Positions 1 to 12,603 of a DNA stretch of 64,000 nucleotides are shown here, in pieces. Source of the stretch: Tubulanus polymorphus (taxonomy: Eukaryota; Animalia; Nemertea); the NCBI RefSeq assembly GCF_964204645.1, contig NC_134025.1:31042299-31106298 (forward strand). The letters run 5' to 3'. The stretch's first letter is position 1. The number at the start of each line of letters is the position of its first letter. The notes under the pieces were generated by a model. The model was not told the origin of the DNA. It was given only the letters and a program-made list of their open reading frames with translations, and did no database searches. The position numbers and the translations under genes are program-made.

Positions 1-1392
1 ACGCGATACAACCGGATAAAACTAGCGTTACTAGGCAACAGCAGATCGGTACTCCGAATTATATGAGTCCGGAAGCGATTTATTCACGAGGTCATCACAC
101 GGATTCTACGGGAAAACATACACCGAAATATAAAGTATGTTAAAATCACGGGCCGTGAAACTCACTGTTTAAGTCTTCGTTGTTTGGACAAGCATTAGTT
201 TAGACAGCATTGAAAACTTAATGAAATACAAATTGAGACTTAAAGTAGATGACTTCAGTAACATGACTTATGGTATACAAATGATGACTTAAGCCATGAG
301 TTCAACTGTATTTTGATATCTTATTTAATACAAAGTTGAATTTGTCACTGATTAAAAATGATGGAAAAGAACCTCGAACAAGATGTGTTTTTTTTTTCAG
401 TTAGGAGTAGCCAGTGATGTTTGGTCTCTTGGATGTATTCTATACAACATGGTTTACGGATATACTCCGTTCCAAAGTTATAACGATGTAACCAGTAAAC
501 TACAGGCGATCGTGAATCCTGAAATCCCGATTCCATTTCCTGAAATCAATGATCGCAATGTCATGGATGTTTTAAAGGTAATAAGACAATAACTTATTTG
601 AACCCAGTTCCACAGTTCTGGATCCACTTCCACAGTTTGCAGATATTTGACTCTTACAAGTTGAAAACATCAGAAAGGAACTGTGGAACTGGCTCCAGAA
701 CTGTGGAACTGGGTCCTAGTTATCTGGATGTTTACTGAATTAAAATATAATTCTATGAATTATTTTTGCATATTTTAGAAATGTCTTCAGAGGGATCCAA
801 AAAAGAGACCATGCGTTTCTGATCTGCTCCGACATCCCTATCTCGGAGGCTCCAAACCTGCAGGTATTGTATATATCCCTCATCTGGAGGCTCCTGTCTG
901 TGATTATCGGTTTATTTGATCAGTTTATTTGTGATTTGTAGATTCAGTATCGAGTCAGGAGGAACTGTTAATGAAATTGGGGAAAGTAGCATTGAATCAG
1001 TTATTGGCTAATAGTTCACCGGGACACATGAGTCGTGCTTTAACTGTAAGTATTTTACACTGAAACCCAATGGGACCTACTGAGAGCTAAGTGGCCCAGT
1101 GAGACAGAGAGTGAGACCCAGTGAGTGAGACCCAGTGAGTGAGACCCAATGAGCCAGTGAGACCCATTTCATCTCATTGTCACCCACGACAGATTAGAAC
1201 CTGATGGCGTCATGAGACATACTCACCTCATCTGTATTAAACTACTGTTAAACTCAGCGTCAGAGACATTGGAGTTGTTGAATTAAGAAATGAGAAGAGT
1301 TAAGTGAATTACTGTGCAGTACATTTCAATATTTAAATCTATGCATTATTTATCAATTTCAGGAGTTGATGACAAAACAAGGACCTAAATAA
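1..1392 (+). CDS. TTK: Dual-specificity kinase TTK/Mps1, 3' part (5' end lies outside the window)
   Basis: Exons <1-134, 401-577, 779-863, 942-1045, 1363-1392 (TAA), all GT-AG and in phase. Translation AIQPDKTSVTRQQQIGTPNYMSPEAI...SDVWSLGCILYNMVYGYTPFQ...SKLQAIVNP...FPEI...DVLK/KCLQRDPKKRP..DLLRHPYL matches the Mps1/TTK activation loop and kinase subdomains IX-XI. Confidence 0.93.
602..717. mobile_element. Short inverted-repeat (MITE-like) element, family A, in TTK intron
   Basis: ACCCAGTTCCACAGTTCTGGA at the left end and TCCAGAACTGTGGAACTGGGT at the right end are inverted repeats; the same termini recur across the window. Confidence 0.6.
1070..1166. repeat. Short ~14-bp tandem repeat (GAGACCCAGTGAGT) in the last TTK intron
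   Basis: Several adjacent, partly degenerate copies read directly. Confidence 0.7.
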
Positions 1393-1608
1393 ACCTCACT
1401 TACCAGTGGATGTGTCGCTATATAAACTATTGTGGATATTGTGTAATAATACTTTTGTTGTTTTGATGGACTACTTCTATAAGAGGACTACTATCGTAAA
1501 AGGACTAGTATTCTAAAAGGACTACTATCGTAAAAGGACTACGATAGATATTCATTCAAACCTTGGTGCTTTGTTTTCTATATGATATTTGTGGTGTATG
1601 CCAGTAAA

Positions 1609-2020
1609 GTTACTTACAGTAGTACAGGTCTGGACTCTGAGTCCATGTTACATGTTACTTACAGTAGTACAGGTCTGGACTCTGAGTCCATGTTACATGT
1701 TACTTACAGTAGTACAGGTCTGGACTCTGAGTCCATGTTACATGTTACTTACAGTAGTACAGGTCTGGCCCTGAGTCCATGTTACATGTTACTTACAGTA
1801 GTACAGGTCTGGACTCTGAGACCATGTTACATGTTACTTACTTACAGTAGTACAGGTATGGACTCTGAGTCCATGTTACATGTTACTTACAGTAGTACAG
1901 GTCTGGACTCTTGAGTCCATGTTACATGTTACTTACAGTAGTACAGGTATGGACTCTGAGTCCATGTTACATGTTACTTACAGTAGTACAGGTCTGGACT
2001 TGAGTCCATGTTACATGTTA
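1609..2020. repeat. 45-bp minisatellite (~9 copies), probably in the TTK 3' UTR
   Basis: Unit GTTACTTACAGTAGTACAGGTCTGGACTCTGAGTCCATGTTACAT; explains the periodic ORFs at 1582/1589; AATAAA signals follow at ~2066 and ~2094. Confidence 0.95.
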
Positions 2021-4023
2021 ATACTGAATTTTCTGGTGTCTCTATTGTAATTTTGTAGTTTTTCTAATAAAACTTATTATCATTTCGTGCTGTAATAAAA
2101 AATTATCCGCTTCAAATGGAGTTATAGTTGTTGAATGTGATTTCTAGGGCTGCTAGTTGCTCAAAAGTTGTTCAAAACTCGTGATCCAGTTCCACAGTTG
2201 TGAGTATCTGAGAGTTAAGTGCACATGTAGTTCATTTTCGATGCTTGATCTTGAAATATGGAATTTTCCCATAAATTTGATTGATGAATTTTGAAAACTC
2301 CTTGAGTCCTTGGTCCTGCTGCTGCTTCGAGAATAAACCCTACAAATAGTCATCAGTAGTTCGGAGAGGATCGCAGTGTTAAAGGTTCAGGCAGACTTAT
2401 CTATCTTACATGACGTCATGCACAGAAGTAGATTCCACATTAGTGTGGGTATCACCTACCCGCAACTACACCACTGCCTAGAAACCTTTGAAATTAAAAA
2501 GAAATTAAATGTCAAATTTTAAAGATCGCCATCACCAGAATCCGGGCCCAAATGGTCAGTAAAGAAACAGGAACTTTTATTTTTTTTTCAAAATCCGAGG
2601 TAGTGGATCTTGTCTTCGACAAGCAAACATTATCAAATGAAATGATTCTTCACTTCATTACTGAATAAGCAAAGTTAAAACCCGAGGATTCGCTCTGAGA
2701 GATATCAGTCGTCTGCCGACTGGTGGTTAGTTACTGAACTCGTAACGCCTCTGTGATAGATGACATTACGCAATACAAATAGTGGCCGTATTTTGACAAC
2801 ACTTTCCCGTGAAATAGATTTCAATTGTATTTCTATTACTATGGGAGGAAGATCTACATAATTCATATAAACATGAAAATACAAGTTTCCTGAACTCGGG
2901 GGAACAGTAGCCTCAGTAATTACGACCTGTACCTCCCTGGGGCCACTGATCCTTTGATCTCAGTTGAAACAATAAGTCCACAATCAAGAACCGTTTTAAT
3001 TACAATTTACAAAAGACCAATTATATATGCAGAAGATGGCTGGATTGAATCTTGTAATATCGATGTACGCGAGTAACCGTAAATATGGCCGGATTTTCTC
3101 GAACTCTGTCCATGTCTGAACCAATCTTCGATTACAGTTTCTATAAATCCAAATCGGAACTGTGAATCCACAATTTCTAGGCTACACTTTTTCCAAAATC
3201 AAGATGTAATCTGCCCGTTTCGGCAGCTGATGAAGTCTGAATCCTGGACACTAAAACGTGAAGTCCATTCCCGAGGAATCGTTTTAAATTCATTGCCAGA
3301 ATCAATCTCGGAGTCGATCCAACTCGGCGGAACTTTGAGACTGAATCCAATCCATGATTTGTCGTATGCTAGTCTCTCAAACGAGTAGTCAATGGTCGTT
3401 CACAAATGAGTTTGTACTTTTTCAAATCAAGATGACTCAATACTTGGATTGACAGTTCTGGCAGCAAAGCTAGTATGTTGAATGTGACCGAGGATGATTT
3501 TGATATTTGTAAAATCTCTTTATTCACATCTGTCTTCAAAGATTTGCGTGCGTGCGGATTTTTAAAAGTTTCACCATCAAACGAGAATTTGAATATAATA
3601 GCGCCATGTGTTTGGTTAGTGAAGGGATTCGCATCTCAGGGGAATAAAGAATATCTCGGAGGTCCCTGCGTGCTCGGTCAAAAACAGTCATAAACTTTAC
3701 AAATATTACTGTGACGTAGAGGTGACAACTAACAAATATTGGCCAATCAGAATGGCTTATAGAGTGCCGAGCATGTTCGGTCAACAAAACGCGTAACAAT
3801 AGAAAATGTGAAGAATTCATATCAAACGACCGCCTCGAGTCGGCGACTTCAAAGAAACCGCAAAGAAAACTCGGGGTGTTAAATTGTCACCATTCTGTCG
3901 ACCAATCGTCGGTTGAGATCGGTAGAAAAGTGAAAGTTTAGCGGATTGACGCGAGTTCGGGGGTCAGTTTAGATCAGGCCATCTCGCGGTTACTCGTTAA
4001 GAATAGAACTAGATCACACGTTA

Positions 4024-7000
4024 ATGTCAGCTGTCAAAATGAAATCGGTAAAACAGGAAAAAATTGTCGTGAAACTGGAAGAACGAGATTTGTGGAACAA
4101 GTTCAAGGAATTCACGAATGAAATGATCGTCACAAAAAGTGGAAGGTAAATCAACATCACGCGCGCGCGACCTCGATTTATACTTTTTATTTGAAAATGT
4201 TGTCAGCACGAGAAGCAATTATCAACTTGTCACTAAAAATGTCTCAACATATAAAACATGAACTCGCTCTAACTGACAGCGTTACAGGATTGGTTTATCT
4301 CTGTTGTTCAAGTGCATTTTAACTTAAAAAAGATCCTATCCTCACTCAGAAAACAACCAGTACGAAAAGGTTTTCTATATAGTCGATTATTTATTTTCGA
4401 CATTTTTCGACTATATCCTATAATAGTCATCTTCAGTAATACTGTTGGAGCCAGTTCCACAGTTCTGAATTATGGTTAAGCTCTGAGTTATCTCTGTGGA
4501 ATTGGGTCCTGAAGAATTATGATTAGGGCTAATAGGATAAAGTCGAAATGTCGAAATAAAACGTAGTATATTTTAGATAAATCTCATTTATTGAAAATCA
4601 AGCAAAATAAAACGTAGTATATTTTAGATAAATCTCATTTATTGAAAATCAAGCAAAATGGAAAAACATCTCTCATTGAAAAATCTCTGACCATAAATAA
4701 AAACAGTTTTCGAAAGTAAAAGGTTCTAAAATCTTCTAAAATCATTCAATTTGAAACTAAAAAATCAACGGTAAATAATTTAACAGAATCTATATATTTA
4801 TATCTTAGAAGTTTCATAACTGAGAATTTATTTCATAAAATCATTTTCATCAAATTACATCAACAAGTGAAATCTTCAATTTTGGAATCTCTTTTTCCTT
4901 CCAATTTTACAATATGCTACCTGCTTCTAATCAATGGAAATATTCTACGAAAAGTTTTGTATCTATTTTCAGGCGGATGTTTCCAGTTTTACGGATCAGG
5001 GTTCAAGGTCTCGATCCGGCAGCTATGTACTCGTTGATGTTAGACTTCGACCCGGTTGAATCTCATCGGTGGAGATACGTGAACGGAGACTGGGTCCCGG
5101 GAACTAAAGTCGATTCCTCCCAACAAACATCTAAAGCTATGTACGTCCATCCGGATTCGCCAAATTTCGGATCGCACTGGATGAAAGAACCGATTTCATT
5201 TTCTAAAGTGAAGTTAACGAATAAAAAGTCGGACGGGGATCAGGTAATGAAATACTTGTCATTTAAATGTATTCAGAATTATATCTGAATGAAAGAAAAC
5301 TAAATCGACAGAAAATAAGCGAGAAAATCCCATATAAAAGTTAATATTCTGTAAAGAATAATTTTTTTTCACATATAATTAAATCTTGTTAATCAAAATC
5401 AAGACAATTCCATATAAATGTTAATGTTCTATAAATAATATTTTTTTTCAAATATAAATAAATCTTATTAAACAAAATCACATAAAATGAATACCTGCTT
5501 AGGTCCAAATGAACAGTAATTCTTACTAGCAATAACGAATTAAAATGATCATTCATCTAAAACACTTTATCCCGCTGATAAAGTTGGAAGTTCATGGAAA
5601 AAGAAAATTCCATTTTTTATGGTCCTCGATTTTCTAAATAGAATCATAACATATTTGATAACGTTGTTCTAATAATACGTGTGTCCTCTTACGTGTTTTG
5701 TTTAAATTTTGTGATAATTTTGTGATATAAAAATTGATGAAAGATTTGAAGAAAATATTCCTTGAGTTTCTAGAAAAAATATAGGAATTTCACGCTGAAT
5801 TTCAAGGCAAAATTCTTTAACTAAGTTTTCAACACAAAATATTTATTGGCTCCTAAACATTTTAATATTTTATCTGGAAATGAAGCGCAGAAGCATAATA
5901 TTTTAGCCTAACTGATTTACATATTAAATTCGTCTCAAAATGTTGATGATGTTTCCTAATGTGTTGAAATATTGTTTTTAATCAGAAAATCTTATTCCAC
6001 AAAGTATCATATTTTTAAGTGGCTTAATATTCTAAAAATAGGCTATAAATGAAAATGAAATTCATCATTACTATCAACATTACGATATCTAAAAATTGAT
6101 TTATGCGTTTGAAAATGAAGGATAGGTTCGGTGTTTCAGGGGGCCCCTAACAACGAGCGATAATTCTCAGCTAAACAAGCGATTTAACGCTGTCTCACTT
6201 CTAACGCTTCTCTCTTAGACATCTTACAAAATCATCGAAGCGTCTAAAAACTGAGAAAACATCATCGCCTAACATTAAAAAGCTTCCCGTTAAACCAGCG
6301 AACAATCATTCTTTCATCTCTATAACTTCACACACAGCTATTTACCGATATCTCACTCCCCCGTTCGATGTTTACCCTACAACTCTGTGACGTAATCTAA
6401 CTCGTAATGAAATAATACGGACACTTGTTGCTGAGCCGGTCGCTCACGATTCTACTCGAGTCGAAACCGCCTCCGTTTAATCAGCTATTCTATATTAATT
6501 ACTATTACATTGAAAGAGTTTGAATCGGTGTAGAATGCGTAATATTACCATTAAATAAACAGTTATTGGTTCTATAAGAGACGGCGTATGACTCCGACTG
6601 ACTGACTGTGTACCAGTTAATGCGATTACACATGAATAATTGAAATGGTTAAGTTCGTTCAGTTTCAAACGAGAGAAGAATTCTGAATATTTGTAACAAC
6701 GGATGAAAGCCTTATAAGACTCGCAACAGCTCAGATCCGCTGGTTCTAGAGTCGGAATTTTAGTTTAGATGTGACCATCGCACGTACTCCCTTCCTAAGC
6801 ATGCACCAGTCCACAATATTGTCAATTCCCAAAAATGATATAAATCAGATTAACTCAATTGAAATGAATCGATTTTGGAGTTTAAAATCAGACTCACTCA
6901 AGCTCGAATGTGTGATTTAGCAAAACATATTTCTAAATTTTATACATTTTTTCTTTTTCAGATAATGTTGAATTCGTTGCATAAATACGAATCACGAATT

Positions 7001-10000
7001 CACATCAATAAATTCACACCTGACGGAAAACTGAAAACAATCGTCACTAAAAGTTTTTCTGAAACACAATTTGTAGCTGTAACTGCTTATCAAAATGAAG
7101 AGGTAAGTTTCACCAGGGGTAAAATGAATGATCCCACAATGATCAACGGCTCTATCCGACCGTTTGTAATATCATAGTTTTCAAGATAAATTTCTTTAGC
7201 TGTTCTGGCATGATCAGATTTTGCATAAATCTCGGCTAAACTGTCACAAAAATCAACTTTGGAATATCATCATCATCAATTGCATTTCTACCTCCAAAAT
7301 CTGGGTTGCCCTGCCGACACAAATTCTAATACTTTACGGGTGAGGGTTGCACCCGTTACTAGTGCTGGAAGTTTTCTGATGACAGATGGCTATCTATTAC
7401 CGCATTGTCTTCGACAAGTAGTTTGAACCAGGGCTGGACGCGTGCGGGTGCGGGGGCTATGTTTGTGTCGTCAATTTTGGACGGATCCAATCAGTTTTAG
7501 ACGGGTTGCCTTTATTTTACATTTGAACAAAGTAAATTTAGATATAATGTGATATAAATATGAGTAGTGTATTGAGTTTACACAGGTGTATCGCCGTGCT
7601 GTGTGTGTGTTTAATCAATACCTTGCTTTATCTAATAACTTTATAGTTTGAAACACATTCAGATTCATCTAGCATAAAATCATTCCTCTATTTGTGATGA
7701 GGAACTTACATCTACAAGTTCTGATTAATCTATACAGCAAGACTCACAGTTCCACGGTTGTTCATTTAACTCTAACTTAACCAACACCTGGAAATGAATC
7801 CAGCTCCCAGTTCTACAGTTGTTGCGTCGCTAGAATTGAATCAGTTTATTTTCGATGTTTGAATCCTTGAGTCTAATCTTACCCAGAACAGTGTAACCGG
7901 AGTCTCTAAGATTAATTTTCTCACTCAAAATCGCGAATAGAAAATTGCAAAAAATGGCAAATCAATCGAATCGTTCGTAAAAAATCGGTAATTGTTAAAA
8001 CTCACTAAATACAAATTAAAAAGACGTCAATTAAGAGACAAAAGGCACAAGAAGCGATCGTCAGGTGTGACCTAATTATTCCCAGGTGAAAATGAACGGC
8101 GATGTGTTGAACCTATTTCCGGTGACGGCTCCACATCAAACGACCCCCTCTCACTCCCTCTCACCCACTCTCACTTCTTCACACAATAACTTCTTACTTC
8201 TTATAACACTCAATTTGTAAACGCGTCTGAGAGTTTCATTGCGGTGTGTTTATGAGCTACGATTTCAAAATAAATATCAACATAATTACAGCCTTCGAGT
8301 CAATTAAGTTTATATACACTTTACAATTGACCACAGTGGTCAGAGTCATGGTCTCAGTTCGTGCGTGTGGTCAATCTATAACTCAGTTTACTGTTTTACA
8401 AAATTTCGTGCTGTTATTAGAAATAAATTAAGTTAAACAAAAGTTTGAATTTAACGCTCGTAAATTCAATAAGTAGAGCTCAATCACGTATTGAGGGAAA
8501 TTCCACGTATGATGATTATGATGGGACAATTATTGTAAGAAATTGATTTCGAACAAAACAATCCGTAGCTTTCAGACTATATGTGTATTATGGTTAACAG
8601 AAGACAGTAATAACGATCAATCATTTTATTCCCAACGAATGAAGATATTTAATTGAAACTGTTTATAAATATTCATTTTAAAAAATTCCCTATTGTGGTC
8701 GATATCGAAATAAATTACCCCAAAGCCCATTATCATGATTAAAGTTAAACTCAGAATTTTAGTTTGTGAGCACTTCACGCTGTCAATGAGAACAATTCAA
8801 ATTTAACGGTTATAAGCTGCCGTTATAAGCTTAATCTTTTTCATGAAACTCGGGACCCTGGAGATGTAACTTGAGGGAAAATATAGGTCTAAGTATCTTA
8901 AGATTGGTTATAATGAATAATTCTAAAATCAAATTGACTCGATTGTGGCTCATCGCCTTCCCTCCCTCGATCTCTTTATATGTGTGTGAGGTCTGATGTT
9001 TATGAGTTATTTATGGTTATTTTACAGATCACCGCTTTGAAAATCAAATACAATCCATTCGCGAAAGCTTTTCAAGACGCCAAAGACAGGTAATTATATC
9101 CTCTAACACCGGTCATCATTCGCCTCCTTTAACCTCTAAAGTGTGCGTCCTCTTACACACGGTGTAACGCATTGGCGCCTAATCCGAAAATCTAATTTGT
9201 TTTTCAAATTAATCCTCAAAGTTAATCTAATCGATATTGCGTCACTTGAGGCGTGAAGCAACGGCTATAGATTACTTCCGGTCTATTGAACAGCCTCTTA
9301 TTCGTCGCCTGTGACGTCACACCTGTTCTGAATATTCGTTAAATCGATCGGTCAACAATGTATAGAAAATCAATAACTTCTCAAATTACGCGGCTGTATT
9401 CAAATGAAGCCTCTCTTCAGATGTGAGACAATAAGGAAGTTCATATTGTACTAAAATCTCTTATCCTTGCGACAATAACGTGTTTGTTCGGTTTCGCTGA
9501 TCTTTTGACTTTTAACAGTTTAAACCATGACCTCTTCATCGACTAAACTCTTACACAAATCTTTGAAGTTAACGTTACTTATTTAGACGGAACTATAAAA
9601 CTATTCCTTACTCAAATCCAATGTCTGCTGCTAATAATTTAAGTAAACTATGTTTCTATTCATAATTTACAGACCGGATCAAAGAGATTTGATCGAAAGT
9701 TTACAAGAGACACAGAAACATGCAATATCTAGTAAGTATTCAACCGAAAACCAATCTTCTAAAATGCAATGTGAAATTCTGGTAAAAATCATCTGATCTA
9801 CGTAATGACTTAAACACTGCGGGTTTTTGCTCAGATGTTGCTTAAAGTGGTTTAAAGTAGGTCATCTCTGAGGACTGCCTACTTTTCTAAGAAAAACTGT
9901 AAATGCGAGACGTTTCGACTCCATTCTATGAGCCGGTTTTACTAAAACTTTCATAGTCTTTCTTACTAATATCGTTTGGTATTCTAAAAAAAAAGATAGT

Positions 10001-11734
10001 CACTTGTCTCTGGAAACCAACCAGGTATCTGTTAGGTCTTATTCTGAGCAGAAAGAGAGATTTCATTCGACTGTTTTTTGTTGAGGAATCCATATGGCGA
10101 AGAGACTCAGTGTGTTATTCATTATCAAATAATGCATAGCTCTCAGTGTTGTTTATATCTCAATGTTTTACGATCATTTTATTACGCGACTGAACAGTCG
10201 TGGGAATAATAGCTACGCCCAGTTTTATGACAATTTCTCTGAGACGTATTTCCTGTGAATCGCGACTCGTCGAGTTCCCCTGAGACTCGGTGAGATTCGA
10301 GTCCCACGCGCGCCCGAGCCATCGAACCCAAAGTCCCACCACGTTGAGTGTGAGAAACTTTATCTACTTTCCAACCAAAATACGTTTTTATGATGTAACC
10401 AGGGGCCTGATTGGAAACTGTTAATCAGAGAATTATAGCGGGCATTGTTAGTGAATAGAGTCACCACACCTGACTGGTCACCAGTCACCACACGTGACCG
10501 GTCACCAGTCACCACACTGACTGTGCCACTGACCAGACGAACAGGGTTTAAACCGTCAGATCCTTGGTGTAATGGTAGCACGCCGGACGGATAGACTTGA
10601 TGCCCGGGTTCGAAACTATGGTTAGGTTAAGGACAGATCTAGGATTAGGTTTTTTTGAAAACGTTTCTTTGTAGCCTGGCCTAGATTTGTTTTAGAAAAA
10701 TTAGTTTTTTTCTTTAAATAAATACATGAATGATATTATTTTTTCAGTAACGTCTAGTCCTTGGTTTGTGTCGAATCGTCCAACATACCACCATCACCAC
10801 CACAGCGGAGGGCCGTTAATGTCATCAGCATTCAGTAATTTGAGAACGCATAGAACTTCACCTTACTCGCATCCTATACAGAGGCGGACAACTCCTACAG
10901 GTAAATATAACACCCGCCTACAGTTCGACAGTTGTGGGCCCGTGGATCAAACTAGTTTAAAAAAACGTTTACAATTTTAGTGTCAAATTTAAACTTGGGT
11001 GCTAGAACTCTATTTTAAGTCGACGATTTTAAAGTACTTAGGACTGAGGACCTGAGCCCTTTTGTCCCAAGGACAGATGGGGGGTCGGTCAAAAGTTGGT
11101 TGAAGTTAAATATATCGGATGAATATATCATTGCAACGCAGTTTCGATTGTAGTTATGTCAGCTTGTCCACTGGTTACCTTTAACTACCTTTTCGAGCAA
11201 CAGACTCCGCCTTTTTAGGCTCATAAAATTTCCTAGCCTCTCTTCGTCTAATTGGAAAAAAGAAACTTCTAACAATGCCCTATGGCGCTCTGAGAACTGA
11301 GAGCAAAAATGATCTTGCATCGCAATGTTTTCTTATGGTTTAAAGAATATGATGTTTCTCTATTTTCAGCTACAGTGCATCATCGTCACGAGGTCCCCGA
11401 CCCCTGGTCGTCGACACTAGCGCCCCCTACGTCAACGTGTAACCCCGCACAGATACTACCCCACCAGACGACTCAGTCGCAGTACATGTGGCAACCGTCA
11501 GATAGTTGTGCCGTATCTCAACTCTTAGGAAGGAATAATTACTACAATTCGACCGGTGTCCAAACACCTCCGAACCCGGTGGACCAGTTCAGTTTTAGTC
11601 ATCAGCCCATGAGTAGTGCCTATGATGGACTCAGTTCTGGCTTGAATTTTACTGATTCTAGTGTTAACCAGACTCAATATAATAACAATATCGTTGACAG
11701 TAATAAATATTGGTTACAATCGCTGCCAATTTGA
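4024..11734 (+). CDS. T: Brachyury (T) T-box transcription factor, ~390 aa
   Basis: Exons 4024-4145, 4973-5243, 6962-7102, 9028-9089, 9673-9731, 10748-10900, 11370-11734 (1173 nt, in frame). T-box: [25 protein letters not shown]...[12 protein letters not shown]...[26 protein letters not shown]...[10 protein letters not shown]...[29 protein letters not shown]. The Brachyury-type LTNK lysine and a downstream HRTSPY motif are present. The true start may lie further upstream. Confidence 0.93.
4447..4510. mobile_element. MITE-like family A copy in Brachyury intron 1
   Basis: GGAGCCAGTTCCACAG ... CTGTGGAATTGGGTCC inverted termini. Confidence 0.55.
4554..4659. repeat. ~51-bp direct tandem duplication in Brachyury intron 1
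   Basis: AAATAAAACGTAGTATATTTTAGATAAATCTCATTTATTGAAAATCAAGCA occurs twice back to back. Confidence 0.9.
10561..10622 (+). mobile_element. tRNA-derived SINE head or tRNA pseudogene in Brachyury intron 5
   Basis: A-box-like TGGTGTAATGG and B-box-like GGTTCGAAAC at tRNA-like spacing; no complete cloverleaf could be built. Confidence 0.45.
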
Positions 11735-12603
11735 GGTTCACAAGAATTTGTTTTGCCGGCAACAGTCGCGAAGGGGTTTAAGCTTTTCCTTGTGGTAAAT
11801 TCGGAAAAATAAAGTTTTGTATAATAAATGATGTATATAGGTTGAAATAAAATATATTATTTTTCTTGATAAATAAATTTTCATTGTTGTAAGTTAAATG
11901 TTTTGTGGAACGTTTCGGACATTGTTGAATGGAGTGGATCCCGGCACAGGAATGCGCGCCCGTTACTCCAGTCTGAATACAAGACGATTTTCAGGCTACC
12001 CTCTCCTTCAGAAGTAACGCTCCGCCCCCCCCCATCTCCAGCTCTGAGATCGCCAATTTGCCAGGATCTTTAACCCTACCCATCGGGCCTAGATCATCAG
12101 AACTTTATGACAAGATTGATGGCTTTGCAGCCACTGATTGAAGACCCTGCGCAAGGCCTGTTCAAAGATGCGCGATCGGTTGAATCGGCCGCGAGGAAGG
12201 TGCCGTATTATTTAAGAAATCGGGTTCCTGAAATCCTATGATGATGAATGCCACAGTCGGTGTAGAAACATCGGTCACCGCTCACTGGGATGGGGCCTCT
12301 AAAGAACACTGAGTCACCAGACGTCGGGCCTTCTGTGTATCAATAGTTAAACATACATATTATGAGGATCTTTTCTCTGTAAATTATTCTTACTGTGCCA
12401 AAAATAAGATGATACGGCGATTGACCGCCAGGAGCGCGCTGCGCGGGCGCGCGACGAGTCCATGGCTGTTGGGAAAAGGAAAAAAACAGGATTCGAATCT
12501 AACATGATCGGTGAATATTATTACATCCGCAAGTAAGGAAATTAACGATTAATAAATTCAATTTATTTTTATTCGGACTTTTCACGAAAAAATTAAAATA
12601 CAA

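Noticed and set aside
10561-10622. Functional tRNA gene
   Set aside because: A and B boxes are present, but the acceptor and anticodon stems do not pair convincingly; kept only as a SINE or pseudogene candidate.
12225-12280. Penelope-type minimal hammerhead ribozyme-like sequence (ATGATGAATGCC...GTAGAAAC); similar hints at ~3227-3260 and ~9906-9940
   Set aside because: The catalytic core (CUGANGA...GAAA) and stems are incomplete in each case; at most these are decayed relics. An Infernal search would be needed.
12409-12536. Short upstream ORFs before DGCR6 (e.g. MAVGKRKKTGFESNMIGEYYYIRK) as a second cistron
   Set aside because: Too short, no recognisable homology, and probably promoter or 5' UTR sequence.
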